NCBI GenBank assembly: GCA_025060135.1
Contig: JANXCY010000013.1
Coordinates: 2,203 to 66,202, forward strand
Length of the DNA: 64,000 nucleotides
From: Anaerolineae bacterium
GTDB lineage: Bacteria > Chloroflexota > Anaerolineae > B4-G1 > DUEL01
Direction: 5' to 3'
Below are positions 7,862 to 17,033 of this stretch, piece after piece (position 1 is the stretch's first letter; the number at the start of each line of letters is the position of its first letter). The notes under the pieces are model-generated. The model made no database searches. It was not told the origin of the DNA and worked only from the letters and a program-made list of their open reading frames with translations. Made by a program: the position numbers and the translations under genes.

Positions 7862-10603
7862 TTACCGTCCCTGCGCGGCCCGCAGGAGCAGACTCCCAAT
7901 CCGGGCCGCATCCTCCGGGATAGAGGCATGCTCCAGGAGGACGGCGACCGCATAGCGGGGCGCGTTCGCCGGCGCGACGCCCAAAAACCAGGCATGGGGC
8001 GGTCGGCCTGCCCCTGCCATCGCCGTCCCCAGGTGGCCAAGGGCATCCGGCGAGAAAGACTCCCAGGCCGCCAGCAGGACGCGCGCTGCATCCGGGGGCA
8101 GGACTTCCCGGGGGCGGCCCGGGACCTCTGGCGTCTGCCATGTCCCATCCGGCGCCTGGACCTCCAGCACCCGGCGCGGCACCGGCATCACCCCGTTGTT
8201 GGCCAGCGTCGCCGCCACCAGCGCCATCCGTAGCGGGGAGACGGTCAGGTCGCCCTGACCGATCGCCTCCCGCGCCGCATCAGCGGACATCCCCGCCACC
8301 CGGGGGGGAGGGGTCGGAAGAGCCGGCGACATGCCCTCCGGAGGTCGCGCCCGGGTTTCAGGAGGCCGTTCTGCGGGCACGGCCTCCATCAACCCCCAGC
8401 GAAGGAAGCCTTCCTCCAGCCTCTCTGGGCCCAGTTGCTCCCCCAGGACGGCGAAAGGGCCCGGGCAGGCGGCCCGCAGCGCGCCGATCATCCAATCTTC
8501 CGGTGAGACCTCCCCCCGGCAGGTTACCGTTACGCCGTTGATGAACAGGGTCGCAGTCAGGTTAGGAGCAGGGTTGTAGAGAGTGGTCAGGCCGCGCCGG
8601 AGGGCCTCCGCCAGGACCACCGTCTCCAGCGCCGCCCCGGGCTGGTAGGGCTGAAGGGCCCGGTTCAGCAACGGGCCGCCCGGGTCCTCCCGTAATTGCT
8701 CCCATTCCTCTTCCAGACGGTTGGGATCAAAGGTCGGCGAGGAGGCCATCGCCAGCACCTCGCCGCTGGAAGCGTCCAGCAGCACCACTGCGCCCGTCCG
8801 GCCCGCCAGGGATTGCGCGGCCAGCCGCTGGAGGACAACGTCCAGTGTCAGCCGCACATCCTGGCCATGGGAAGGGCGATGAAGGAGCGCATCCCATGCC
8901 GTCTCCCAGGCGGAACGGTCGGCCTCGCCGCGCAGGACCCGGTCCCATTCCGCCTCGATCCCGCTGGTGCCGTGGCGCAGACTGGCGTAGCCGACCACCG
9001 GCGCCGCCGTCGGTTCCGGATAGACGCGGGTAACCCACCCGTCTGGACTCACCGTCGCGTCGGCCAGGACAACTCCGTTTCGGTCCAGAATCTGGCCCCG
9101 GACGATGCGTTGCTCGTATTCCACCCGGCGGGGGTTATCCTCCCGCGCTACCAGCCATCCGGCCCGCAGAACCGACCAGTAGCCGCAGGCCAAAGCCAGG
9201 ATGGCCAGGGCGGCGCTCAGTCCCAGGGCCAGGTGGCGAACGGGCCGGACCCACTCGCGATCGCGGGGAGCCGGGGTGGTTCCCCCAGAGACCACCAGGA
9301 GCAGGCCCAGGGCGATGAACGTCGCCAGCAAGGAAGAGCCTCCGTACGAGAGGAAGGGCAGGGTTACCCCGGCAATGGGCACCAGTTTGACGTTCGCGGC
9401 CATGATGATCCAGGCCTGGACTCCCCAACCAGCGGTCAACCCAGCAGCCAGGAATCGCTCAAAGGGGCGGGGGGCCCGCAGGGCGACCCGCAGTCCCCGC
9501 AGCAGGAGAACCCCGTAGAGGGCAATGAGGGCCAGCGTTCCCAGGAGGCCAAACTCTTCGGCAACGGCAGCGAAAACGAAGTCAGTGTGAACGGCAGGGA
9601 TATAGGTAGGGCGGCCCAGGCCCAGGCCCTGGCCGAAAATCCCCCCGGCCCCGAAGGCCAGCAGGCTCTGGACGATCTGAAAGGCTTGGTCAGGGGCAGC
9701 AGGCCAGGGGAAGAGCCATATCTGAATCCGCAGCGCCACTCGCTCGGAGCCATAGTATCCCGCCATCCCGACCAGGAGGAAGAGCGCCAGTCCCCCGATC
9801 AGATACCCCCACTGGCTGGTGGCCAGGTAGAGCATGGCCAGGAAGGTGAAGAAGAGGAGCATCGCGGCGCCCAGGTCCTGCTGCGCGGCCAGGAGGAGAA
9901 GGGTGAGGCCGAACATCACCAGCAACGGGCCGACGTAGGCCAGCGGGGGAAGGTTGAGAGGACCAATGCGGTGTCCCGTCGCCTTCAGGAGTTCCCGCCG
10001 CTCAGCCAGATAGGAGGCCAGGAAGACGACCAGGAGAAGTTTCAGAGGCTCTGAGGGCTGGAAGTACGCGCCGCCGATGCCCAGCCAGAGACGGGGGCCG
10101 GCTCCACCGGGGTTGACGCCCAGGACCAGGGTGGCGGCCAAGAGGAGCAAACCCGCAAAGAGCCAGGTGTAGCGGTAACGGCGCAGCCAGCGCAGGGGAA
10201 CCGGCTCCCGCACCCCGATCTGGACGACGGCGATCATCGCTAGAGTGGAGAGGAGAAGCCAGGTCGCCTGGCGGGGGAGGAAATTGGGTGCCAGACGGGC
10301 CACCATGAGCAGGCCCCAACCGCTCAGGAAAGCGGCCACTGGAAGGAGCAACGGGTCTCGGTGGGGCAGGCAACGGGAGAAAGTGGCGTGGGCAGCGGCA
10401 AAGGAGAGGATGAAAGAAAGGAGCAGGCCAATGGCCCGCGCGAGACCCAGAGCGGGAGAGGCCATCAGCAGGGTGGCCGTGCCTGCCGCCACGAAGAGGA
10501 GGGCCAGCAGGAGCAACCCTCGCTCTCGTCGGACAACGAAGGGCGGATAAGGTTCAGTAGGATCCAACATAGGCGTCAGCCGATCCAGGTATCGCAGACG
10601 CAA
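7862..10603 (-). CDS. FtsW/RodA/SpoVE (SEDS) protein fused to a degenerate class B PBP domain
   Basis: SEDS motifs FQPSEPLK, QQDLG, PAVHTDFVF, PFLSYGGSS; then RGQILDRNG, V.LTLD..LQ, AMASSPTFDPN, IGQG, HAWF of the PBP fold. Confidence 0.9.
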   Translation of the reverse strand: MRLRYLDRLTPMLDPTEPYPPFVVRRERGLLLLALLFVAAGTATLLMASPALGLARAIGLLLSFILSFAAAHATFSRCLPHRDPLLLPVAAFLSGWGLLMVARLAPNFLPRQATWLLLSTLAMIAVVQIGVREPVPLRWLRRYRYTWLFAGLLLLAATLVLGVNPGGAGPRLWLGIGGAYFQPSEPLKLLLVVFLASYLAERRELLKATGHRIGPLNLPPLAYVGPLLVMFGLTLLLLAAQQDLGAAMLLFFTFLAMLYLATSQWGYLIGGLALFLLVGMAGYYGSERVALRIQIWLFPWPAAPDQAFQIVQSLLAFGAGGIFGQGLGLGRPTYIPAVHTDFVFAAVAEEFGLLGTLALIALYGVLLLRGLRVALRAPRPFERFLAAGLTAGWGVQAWIIMAANVKLVPIAGVTLPFLSYGGSSLLATFIALGLLLVVSGGTTPAPRDREWVRPVRHLALGLSAALAILALACGYWSVLRAGWLVAREDNPRRVEYEQRIVRGQILDRNGVVLADATVSPDGWVTRVYPEPTAAPVVGYASLRHGTSGIEAEWDRVLRGEADRSAWETAWDALLHRPSHGQDVRLTLDVVLQRLAAQSLAGRTGAVVLLDASSGEVLAMASSPTFDPNRLEEEWEQLREDPGGPLLNRALQPYQPGAALETVVLAEALRRGLTTLYNPAPNLTATLFINGVTVTCRGEVSPEDWMIGALRAACPGPFAVLGEQLGPERLEEGFLRWGLMEAVPAERPPETRARPPEGMSPALPTPPPRVAGMSADAAREAIGQGDLTVSPLRMALVAATLANNGVMPVPRRVLEVQAPDGTWQTPEVPGRPREVLPPDAARVLLAAWESFSPDALGHLGTAMAGAGRPPHAWFLGVAPANAPRYAVAVLLEHASIPEDAARIGSLLLRAAQGR

Positions 10604-10621
10604 TGAGTGTCCATCGGTGTC

Positions 10622-13588
10622 CTACCTCCAGAGCGGGACGGCCTCCCACCTCCGGTCGTCCATCGGGGGGAGCGGGGTCATCCGGAAGCGCTCATAGGCG
10701 ACCAGCGTGGCCCGCACTCTGCCGCCCGTCCAGTCCGCCGGAATCAGGATGAGGTGGCGATCCCGGACCCGGGAGCCTGCAATCCATTTCAGTGTGGGGA
10801 CGGTGCCCAGTGCGGGCTGGCAATCATGCGCGCCCAGGAAGCGGCCCGTCTCGTCCGTCAGTCGAACACTGGTGGCGTCGTCGGTCGTCAGCGCGCGCAG
10901 CCCCACCAGCATCACGTCCACCGTCATCCCCGCGCCTGGAGCGACGGGGGAGGCCCGCACGCCCACCACCGCCATCTCGTCCCCCAGGGGCACAAAGCGG
11001 AGGTCGCCTGGCGGGATGACCAGCGATATCCGCTGCAGGGGCCAGCCCCACGGGCCCGCTGCCGTTCGCACCTGGCCGGGTCCGTCGGTTAGGGAAAGGA
11101 GAAGCAGGCCGCGCACCGTCCCGGGGAGGTCCACCGCGACGGTCTGATATGCGCCCGGGGCGAGGGCCGGGAGGGTGGCAGTCCCCTCCGCCCCGCCGGA
11201 AGCCCGGAGATGCAGAGTCCCGCCCGCCGTCGGGCCGCGCCAGTGGAGATAAACCCGCAAGGTGTCCGGCGCCGTCCGGTCGTAGTCGGCGCCGACCAGG
11301 ACGGGCCCTCCCGCATAGGGAACGCGCTGGGGATGGAGGGTGAAAGGCATACGGGTCGCAGACTCCACGTCCAGTTCGGTCAGAAGGGTGAACGACTCCC
11401 CGCCAGCCGTGAGCAGCGGTTCAAATCCGGCTGCGGAGACGGTGTACGCGCCCAGGAGCAGCCGGTAACGACCGGGCCGGAGAGTAGGGTAGAGAGGAAG
11501 CACCAGCCGCTCCCAGCGAATTTCGCCCGGAGCGACGTCCGTGCCCAGGTAACGGTCGGCCTGGGCCACCTCGCGCCCGTCGGCATCGGCCAGGCGCAGG
11601 GTGAAGGACGGCGCGCGGTCGGAGGGGGCCGTCCGTCTCCAGGCCAGGACAACCTCCAGGGCCTGCCCAGCCCGGAACGGCGGGGCAGGCAAGCGGTATC
11701 CCAGCAACTGGACGCCCTCGGCAAAGGCGATGTCCGTCCGGAAAATGGGCGCAGTGATTTCCCGAGCGGGTCGCCGGTGGAGGCGAAAGCCCCAGCCCAC
11801 CGGCTCAGCGCTGTAACCGGGGAAGTCGTAGAAGTGGGTCAGCAGGAGAGGACGGTCGGTGCCGATCTCTTCCACCCACCGCAGCCAGGTGGCCCCGTAG
11901 TCCTCCCCGACGACGGGATAGACGTACTCCACCCGCACATCGGGACGCCGTCCTTCCACTTGCTGGAGGTACCAGAGCGGGGTCGCCCAGTGCCAGTCGG
12001 CCAGGATGACGGCGCCCGGAGGAGCGGCCTCCAGAAGCGGCCCGACCGTCTGGCGGGTAGATGTATCGGCGGCCAGTTCGGTGATGCTCCAGTGTGCCTG
12101 GAGGTTCAGGACCCCTCCCCAGAGAGCCAGCGCCGCCAGAGGAAGTTGGAGTTTCACCACGAAGACGCGAAGACACGAAGTAAATTGATTATATTTTCTT
12201 TGTGTCTTTGTGTCTTCCTGGTTTGTACGATTTCTCCACCCGGCGGGGAGGAGGCCGACGGAGAGGGCAATCGGGAGGTATGCGGGCATCAGATATTCCA
12301 CCGTTTGAGGGGCCCGGTAGGTCAGGGTAACGTAGGTGTGGAGGAGGAAACTGCCCGCCAGCAGGAGGAAGAGCCGCCAATCTCGCCGGAGGACAGCCAG
12401 CAAGCCCAGAGCCGCCAGGGCCAGGAGGAGGCCGTTGAACTGGAAGGTGAGGAGCGTTGGGAGCAGCGCCAGACGGTGAGGGAAGTCCTGGGGATTGGCA
12501 AAGGCGAACATGTCCCCGGCGAACCCTTTCGCCAGGACGTGCCAGAGGAAGCCCTGGAGGGTATCCAGGTCGGGCGGGGCCAGGGGCGCGCCGGCCGCGC
12601 CGCGAATGGGCAGGTAGGCCAGCGGCACGAGCAGCGCGGCCAGAAAGACCAGGACAGGGCGCCACCACCGGCAGGGTTGCAGGAGCAGGCGGGGGTCCAC
12701 GTTCAGCAGATAGAGGATAAAGAAGACGCCGACGAAGGCCAGGGAGGGATGATGCCCGATACCCAGTCCCAGCGCCAGCGCCAGGAGGAGCAGCGCCTGG
12801 TCCCGCCCACCCATTCCCCATGGGCTCTCCGTTGCGAAGCGGGCTAGGGCGTAAAAGGCCAGGGCGGCGAAGAAGAGGGTGGGCATACGGATGTTGGCGA
12901 TAGCGGCCTGGGCCCAGAAGGTAGTGGCGGAGCCCAGCGTCAGTGCGGCAGCGAGGCCCCCCATGCGGGCCAGGAGGGGGGAGGCGCCCAGGTGGCGGGC
13001 CCAAAGGCGGGTCGCTCGGGCCAGCCAGAGCAGGGTAACGACCGCCATCGGCACGCTCATCAGGTTTAGCCGCAGCGCCGGGGGGCCGATGGGGACCAGT
13101 CGGATGAAGAGATGCCCGGCCATCGTATAGAGGGGGTAACCGGGCGGGTGGGCCACACCCAGGAGCGCGGCGGCCAACTGGAACTCGCCGCTATCGGCGG
13201 GGAGGACGTCCCGGGAAAGCGTGGCCAGGTAGAGGGCCGAAAACAGGACGCAGACTCCCGCGTCGGCCAGATGGTCGGCCTGGCGGTCGGAGAGGAGGGG
13301 CAGGCGAGCGCTCTCCCGCAACGATTCTATGGCCCAGACCAGGCAGGCAATGTTTGCCCATGCCAGAGGCAAAAGCCGCCAGGGCCAGAGGACGGCGACC
13401 AGGAGCACCAGCGCGGACCACCCGGTGATCGGAGCCCGGCGGCGGGTTAGGAGAAATCCCCCCGCCCCTCCGGCCAGTGCCAGTGCCAGGATGAAGCAAA
13501 CCGGCAGGGGAATGTCCGGGATCTCCAGCAGGAAGCGAGCCACTACCAGGCCCAGGAGGATGCCGTAGCCGACGGTGAGCCGACGCAT
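10622..13588 (-). CDS. DUF2723 (TMEM260-like) GT-C membrane protein with repeated C-terminal beta-sandwich domains
   Basis: LPADSGEFQ, GVAHPPGYPLY, multiple TM helices, DWHWATPLWYLQQVEG.RPDV. Confidence 0.8.
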   Translation of the reverse strand: MRRLTVGYGILLGLVVARFLLEIPDIPLPVCFILALALAGGAGGFLLTRRRAPITGWSALVLLVAVLWPWRLLPLAWANIACLVWAIESLRESARLPLLSDRQADHLADAGVCVLFSALYLATLSRDVLPADSGEFQLAAALLGVAHPPGYPLYTMAGHLFIRLVPIGPPALRLNLMSVPMAVVTLLWLARATRLWARHLGASPLLARMGGLAAALTLGSATTFWAQAAIANIRMPTLFFAALAFYALARFATESPWGMGGRDQALLLLALALGLGIGHHPSLAFVGVFFILYLLNVDPRLLLQPCRWWRPVLVFLAALLVPLAYLPIRGAAGAPLAPPDLDTLQGFLWHVLAKGFAGDMFAFANPQDFPHRLALLPTLLTFQFNGLLLALAALGLLAVLRRDWRLFLLLAGSFLLHTYVTLTYRAPQTVEYLMPAYLPIALSVGLLPAGWRNRTNQEDTKTQRKYNQFTSCLRVFVVKLQLPLAALALWGGVLNLQAHWSITELAADTSTRQTVGPLLEAAPPGAVILADWHWATPLWYLQQVEGRRPDVRVEYVYPVVGEDYGATWLRWVEEIGTDRPLLLTHFYDFPGYSAEPVGWGFRLHRRPAREITAPIFRTDIAFAEGVQLLGYRLPAPPFRAGQALEVVLAWRRTAPSDRAPSFTLRLADADGREVAQADRYLGTDVAPGEIRWERLVLPLYPTLRPGRYRLLLGAYTVSAAGFEPLLTAGGESFTLLTELDVESATRMPFTLHPQRVPYAGGPVLVGADYDRTAPDTLRVYLHWRGPTAGGTLHLRASGGAEGTATLPALAPGAYQTVAVDLPGTVRGLLLLSLTDGPGQVRTAAGPWGWPLQRISLVIPPGDLRFVPLGDEMAVVGVRASPVAPGAGMTVDVMLVGLRALTTDDATSVRLTDETGRFLGAHDCQPALGTVPTLKWIAGSRVRDRHLILIPADWTGGRVRATLVAYERFRMTPLPPMDDRRWEAVPLWR
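12156..12222. repeat. Palindromic element (25-bp arms built from 8-nt units, 17-nt AT-only loop) inside the DUF2723 CDS
   Basis: ACCACGAAGACGCGAAGACACGAAG - TAAATTGATTATATTTT - CTTTGTGTCTTTGTGTCTTCCTGGT. Confidence 0.85.
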
Positions 13589-13807
13589 CGGGGGAGGTTA
13601 TACCATGATTCCCGCTACGTGCAACTGGAAGCAAGAGGGCCATCTGGCTCCCTCACTTCCGATGAACGGATGAAATCGACAGACACCTCTGGACTTCGCC
13701 TGGGAGGTTGTTGTACAATCATGTTGCCTGTGCAGGGGCGCACCGTTCGAAGAAAGGATCAGCCTTGAGGCCTGATCCGAAGTCGGCCTAATGGTCGGGA
13801 GGGACCG

Positions 13808-14302
13808 ATGAATCACCATTCAGTGATCCTGGTCAGCGCGTGTCTGTTGGGGCTTCCCACTGCGTATCACGGAGGCGGGCACCCGGTGGCGGACCTTATT
13901 CGGCTGGCCGCGCTGGGAGCGGTCATCCCCATCTGTCCGGAGGTCGCGGGCGGACTTCCCATCCCCCGCCCGCCGATGGAGATTGTCGGCGGGAGCGGCG
14001 GCGACGTCCTGGATGGGCAGGCGCGCGTCCTCACAGCGAAGGGAGAGGATGTTACCGATGCCTTCCTGCGAGGGGCCGAGCGGGCGCTGGCGCTGGTCCG
14101 GCGGTACGGCATTCGGCTCGCCGTGATGAAAGCCCGGAGTCCCTCCTGTGGTTCCTTGGCAATTTACGATGGCAGCCACAGGGGACGACTCATCCCTGGA
14201 GAGGGAGTTACCGTGGCCCTTCTGCGACGAGCAGGGGTCCGGGTAGTTTCTGAGGAGGAAGACCGGATAGGGCATCTATTTTCGGCCTCGCTGCTGGAGT
14301 GA
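13808..14302 (+). CDS. DUF523 / 2-thiouracil desulfurase-family Fe-S protein
   Basis: ILVSACLLG, ICPEV.GGL.IPR, KARSPSCG, GEGVT. Confidence 0.85.
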   Translation: MNHHSVILVSACLLGLPTAYHGGGHPVADLIRLAALGAVIPICPEVAGGLPIPRPPMEIVGGSGGDVLDGQARVLTAKGEDVTDAFLRGAERALALVRRYGIRLAVMKARSPSCGSLAIYDGSHRGRLIPGEGVTVALLRRAGVRVVSEEEDRIGHLFSASLLE

Positions 14303-14390
14303 ACCGCCTTTCACTGGCCCCAGCGGACATCTATCCGATGGCTTGTGGGGTTGGAGGGGTTATGCTATACTTGTGCAAGCAGCAAGGCCT

Positions 14391-15734
14391 ATGGACCTCT
14401 TTGAACACTTCGGGCAGAAGCGGATTCGGGAAGAGGCACCTCTGGCAGCGCGCATGCGTCCCCGTACCCTGGATGAGTTCATTGGCCAGGAGCACATTCT
14501 GGGGGAAGGGCGGCTGCTGCGCCGGGCCATTGAGGCCGACCGGCTCTTTTCCTCCCTGATTTTCTGGGGGCCGCCTGGCACCGGGAAGACCTCGCTGGCC
14601 ATGATCATCGCCCACACCACCCGCTCCCACTTTGAGACGCTCAGCGCGGTCATGGCGGGTGTGGCCGACATCCGGCGCGTCGTGCAGGAAGCCAAGGAGC
14701 GGCGCGGGATGCACGGGCGGCGAACCCTCCTCCTGATTGACGAAATCCATCGTTTCAACCGCGCCCAGCAGGATGCACTGCTCCCCCACGTGGAGGACGG
14801 AACCATCACCCTGATCGGTTCCACCACCGAGAATCCCTACTTTACAGTCGTTGGGCCCCTCCTCTCTCGCTCTCGGGTTTTCCCGTTCAAGCCCCTGACC
14901 GATGACGAGGTTCGGCTGATCATAGAACGGGCCCTAAGCGACCCGGAGCGCGGCTATGGCCGCCGTGCGGTCCGCGTGGACCCGGAGGCGATGGACCACC
15001 TGGTCCGCATTGCGGGCGGAGATGCCCGGGCTGCGCTGAACGCCCTGGAACTGGCGGTGGAGAGCACCCCACCGGACGAGAGCGGAACGGTTCACATCAC
15101 CCTGGCAGTGGCGGAGGATTCCATCCAGCGGCGTGCCCTGCTCTACGATCGGGCCGGAGACGAGCACTATGACACCATCTCCGCCTTCATAAAGTCTGTT
15201 CGGGGTTCCGACCCGGATGCGGCGCTCTACTGGCTGGCGAAAATGGTCGCCGCGGGAGAGGACCCCCGTTTCATCCTCCGGCGACTGTACATCTTAGCGG
15301 CAGAGGATGTGGGACTGGCGGACCCTCAGGCCGTCGGGGTGGTCAACGCCTGCGCTCAGGCTTTTGAGTGGGTAGGGTGGCCAGAGGGCCAATACCACCT
15401 GGCCCTGGCGACGCTCTACCTGGCCACGGCGCCCAAATCCAACGCCGTCGGCGCATACTGGCAGGCCCTGGCCCACATTGAGGAACATGGCTCGGGTCCG
15501 GTGCCCCTCCACCTGCGGGATAAGTCCGACCTGTTTCATGGCCCGCTGCGGGAGCACTACCGGCAGACCATGGGCCCGAACTTCGGTTATCGCTACCCCC
15601 ACGACGACCCTCGGGGGTGGGTGGAGCAGTCGTACCTCCCCGATGGAGTGGAGGGTGGGTGGTTTCGCCTGAAAGGTCACGGCTACGAACGGGTTATCCT
15701 CCGCCGCCTGCAACGGATGAAGAGACCCCGATAG
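14391..15734 (+). CDS. rarA: Replication-associated recombination protein A (MgsA/RarA AAA+ ATPase)
   Basis: APLAARMRPRTLDEFIGQEH, GPPGTGKT, DEIHRFNRAQQDALLP, TTENP, AFIKSVRGSDPDAA. Confidence 0.93.
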   Translation: MDLFEHFGQKRIREEAPLAARMRPRTLDEFIGQEHILGEGRLLRRAIEADRLFSSLIFWGPPGTGKTSLAMIIAHTTRSHFETLSAVMAGVADIRRVVQEAKERRGMHGRRTLLLIDEIHRFNRAQQDALLPHVEDGTITLIGSTTENPYFTVVGPLLSRSRVFPFKPLTDDEVRLIIERALSDPERGYGRRAVRVDPEAMDHLVRIAGGDARAALNALELAVESTPPDESGTVHITLAVAEDSIQRRALLYDRAGDEHYDTISAFIKSVRGSDPDAALYWLAKMVAAGEDPRFILRRLYILAAEDVGLADPQAVGVVNACAQAFEWVGWPEGQYHLALATLYLATAPKSNAVGAYWQALAHIEEHGSGPVPLHLRDKSDLFHGPLREHYRQTMGPNFGYRYPHDDPRGWVEQSYLPDGVEGGWFRLKGHGYERVILRRLQRMKRPR

Positions 15735-15758
15735 CCATAACGGGAACCAGGAGGTTCT

Positions 15759-16334
15759 ATGAGTGCAATCGCTGTCCCCGCCCTTTACTTTTCCCAACCC
15801 GGCCCCCAGAACACGGATCGGACACTGGAAGCAGCCCATCGGCGGGCTGAAGAACTGGGCATCCGAACCGTTCTGGTCGCCAGCACCACCGGGGAGACGG
15901 GCGCAAAGGCCGTCCAGGTCTTCCAGGGATACAACGTAGTGGTGGTTACCCACTCCACCGGCTTCCGGGCGCCGAACAACCAGGAATTGCGGCCGGAATA
16001 CCGCGCGGCCATTGAGGCTGGTGGTGGACGCATCCTTACTTGCCAGCATGCCTTCGGCGGCATCAACCGGGCCGTGCGCCGGAAACTGAACACCTACCTG
16101 ACCGACGAGATCATCGCCTTTACCCTCCGGAACTTTGGAGAAGGGACCAAAGTCTGCATAGAGATTGCGCTGATGGCGGCCGACGCCGGATTGGTCCGAG
16201 TAGATGAACCCTGCATTGCCATCGCAGGAACGGGTCATGGGGCGGATACGGCCCTGGTCCTGAAGCCCGCTAACGCCCAGGCGTTTTTTGACCTCCGGGT
16301 GATGGAAATCATCGCCAAGCCCCGCCTGGGATAA
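15759..16334 (+). CDS. Pyruvate-kinase C-terminal-like alpha/beta domain protein
   Basis: YF..PG..NT..TL, VASTTGETG, VVTH..GF, G.KVC.EI.LMAADAG, GTG.GADTA. Confidence 0.75.
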   Translation: MSAIAVPALYFSQPGPQNTDRTLEAAHRRAEELGIRTVLVASTTGETGAKAVQVFQGYNVVVVTHSTGFRAPNNQELRPEYRAAIEAGGGRILTCQHAFGGINRAVRRKLNTYLTDEIIAFTLRNFGEGTKVCIEIALMAADAGLVRVDEPCIAIAGTGHGADTALVLKPANAQAFFDLRVMEIIAKPRLG

Positions 16335-16386
16335 ACCCATATGCGCAGACCGCCCGGCCGGAATGTCCGAGGGGAGGAGTGCACCC

Positions 16387-16608
16387 ATGAAGCCGGTTTC
16401 CGAGATGACCTTTGAGGAAGCGTTGACAGAACTGGAAGAGGTCGTCCGAAGGCTGGAAGCAGGCGGGTTAACCCTGGAAGAGAGCCTGGCCCTCTATGAA
16501 CGGGGGCAGGCACTGGCCGCCTATTGCAACCGGCAACTGGACCAGGCGGAACTGAAAGTCAGTCAACTCTCGCCGGACGGCACCCTGCTTCCTTTGGAAC
16601 TGGGATAA
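16387..16608 (+). CDS. xseB: Exodeoxyribonuclease VII small subunit
   Basis: MTFEEAL.ELEEVV..LE.G.L.LEESL.LYERG..L..YC..L..AELKV. Confidence 0.93.
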   Translation: MKPVSEMTFEEALTELEEVVRRLEAGGLTLEESLALYERGQALAAYCNRQLDQAELKVSQLSPDGTLLPLELG

Positions 16609-16767
16609 CCTGATAGGGGATCCCACAGACCCGGTAACGGAAAACCAGGCGTGTCAAGCCCTCGGTATGGAGGGGGACTCGTCATACCTTTCTCTTCGGA
16701 AGGCAACCCCCTCTCCCACCACCACTCACTGACCCATCGTGCCGAGCCCGCGCCGGCGCGCGATCGC

Positions 16768-16797
16768 TTGACAAGAGCCCGTACTTCGGTGTATAAT
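16768..16797 (+). promoter_or_regulatory. Sigma70 promoter of the aor leader
   Basis: TTGACA 16768-16773, 18 nt, TATAAT 16792-16797. Confidence 0.65.
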
Positions 16798-16854
16798 AAT
16801 TTCTGAAGTTTGATCTAACGCCACACCCGGCACATTACAGAAAACGCCATACCG

Positions 16855-16945
16855 GGTTCTCCGACCCACCGCGCTCCCTCCGGGACGAGTGGGCGATACG
16901 GTGTGGGGAGCAATCTCCACGCCCGCCGTGCTTGCAAAGGAGACG
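16855..16945 (+). ncRNA. Moco/Tuco RNA motif-like riboswitch candidate
   Basis: CTCCGA...TACGG...GGAG-CAAT-CTCC...GCC..CCGT..TTGCAAAGGAG follows the Moco motif order and sits in the 5' leader of a W/Mo-pterin enzyme. Confidence 0.65.
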
Positions 16946-16986
16946 CTGAAAGGCGGGCATGTCCCGCCAAAGGGTCTCCTTTTTTA
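16936..16986 (+). terminator. Attenuator-type terminator overlapping the 3' strand of the aptamer
   Basis: AAAGGAGAC...GGCGGG-CATGT-CCCGCC...GTCTCCTTT followed by a T-tract, upstream of the aor start. Confidence 0.65.
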
Positions 16987-17033
16987 TTTAACACTGTTTC
17001 CCCCAACCATCCCCCAATCATAGGAGGTGCACA

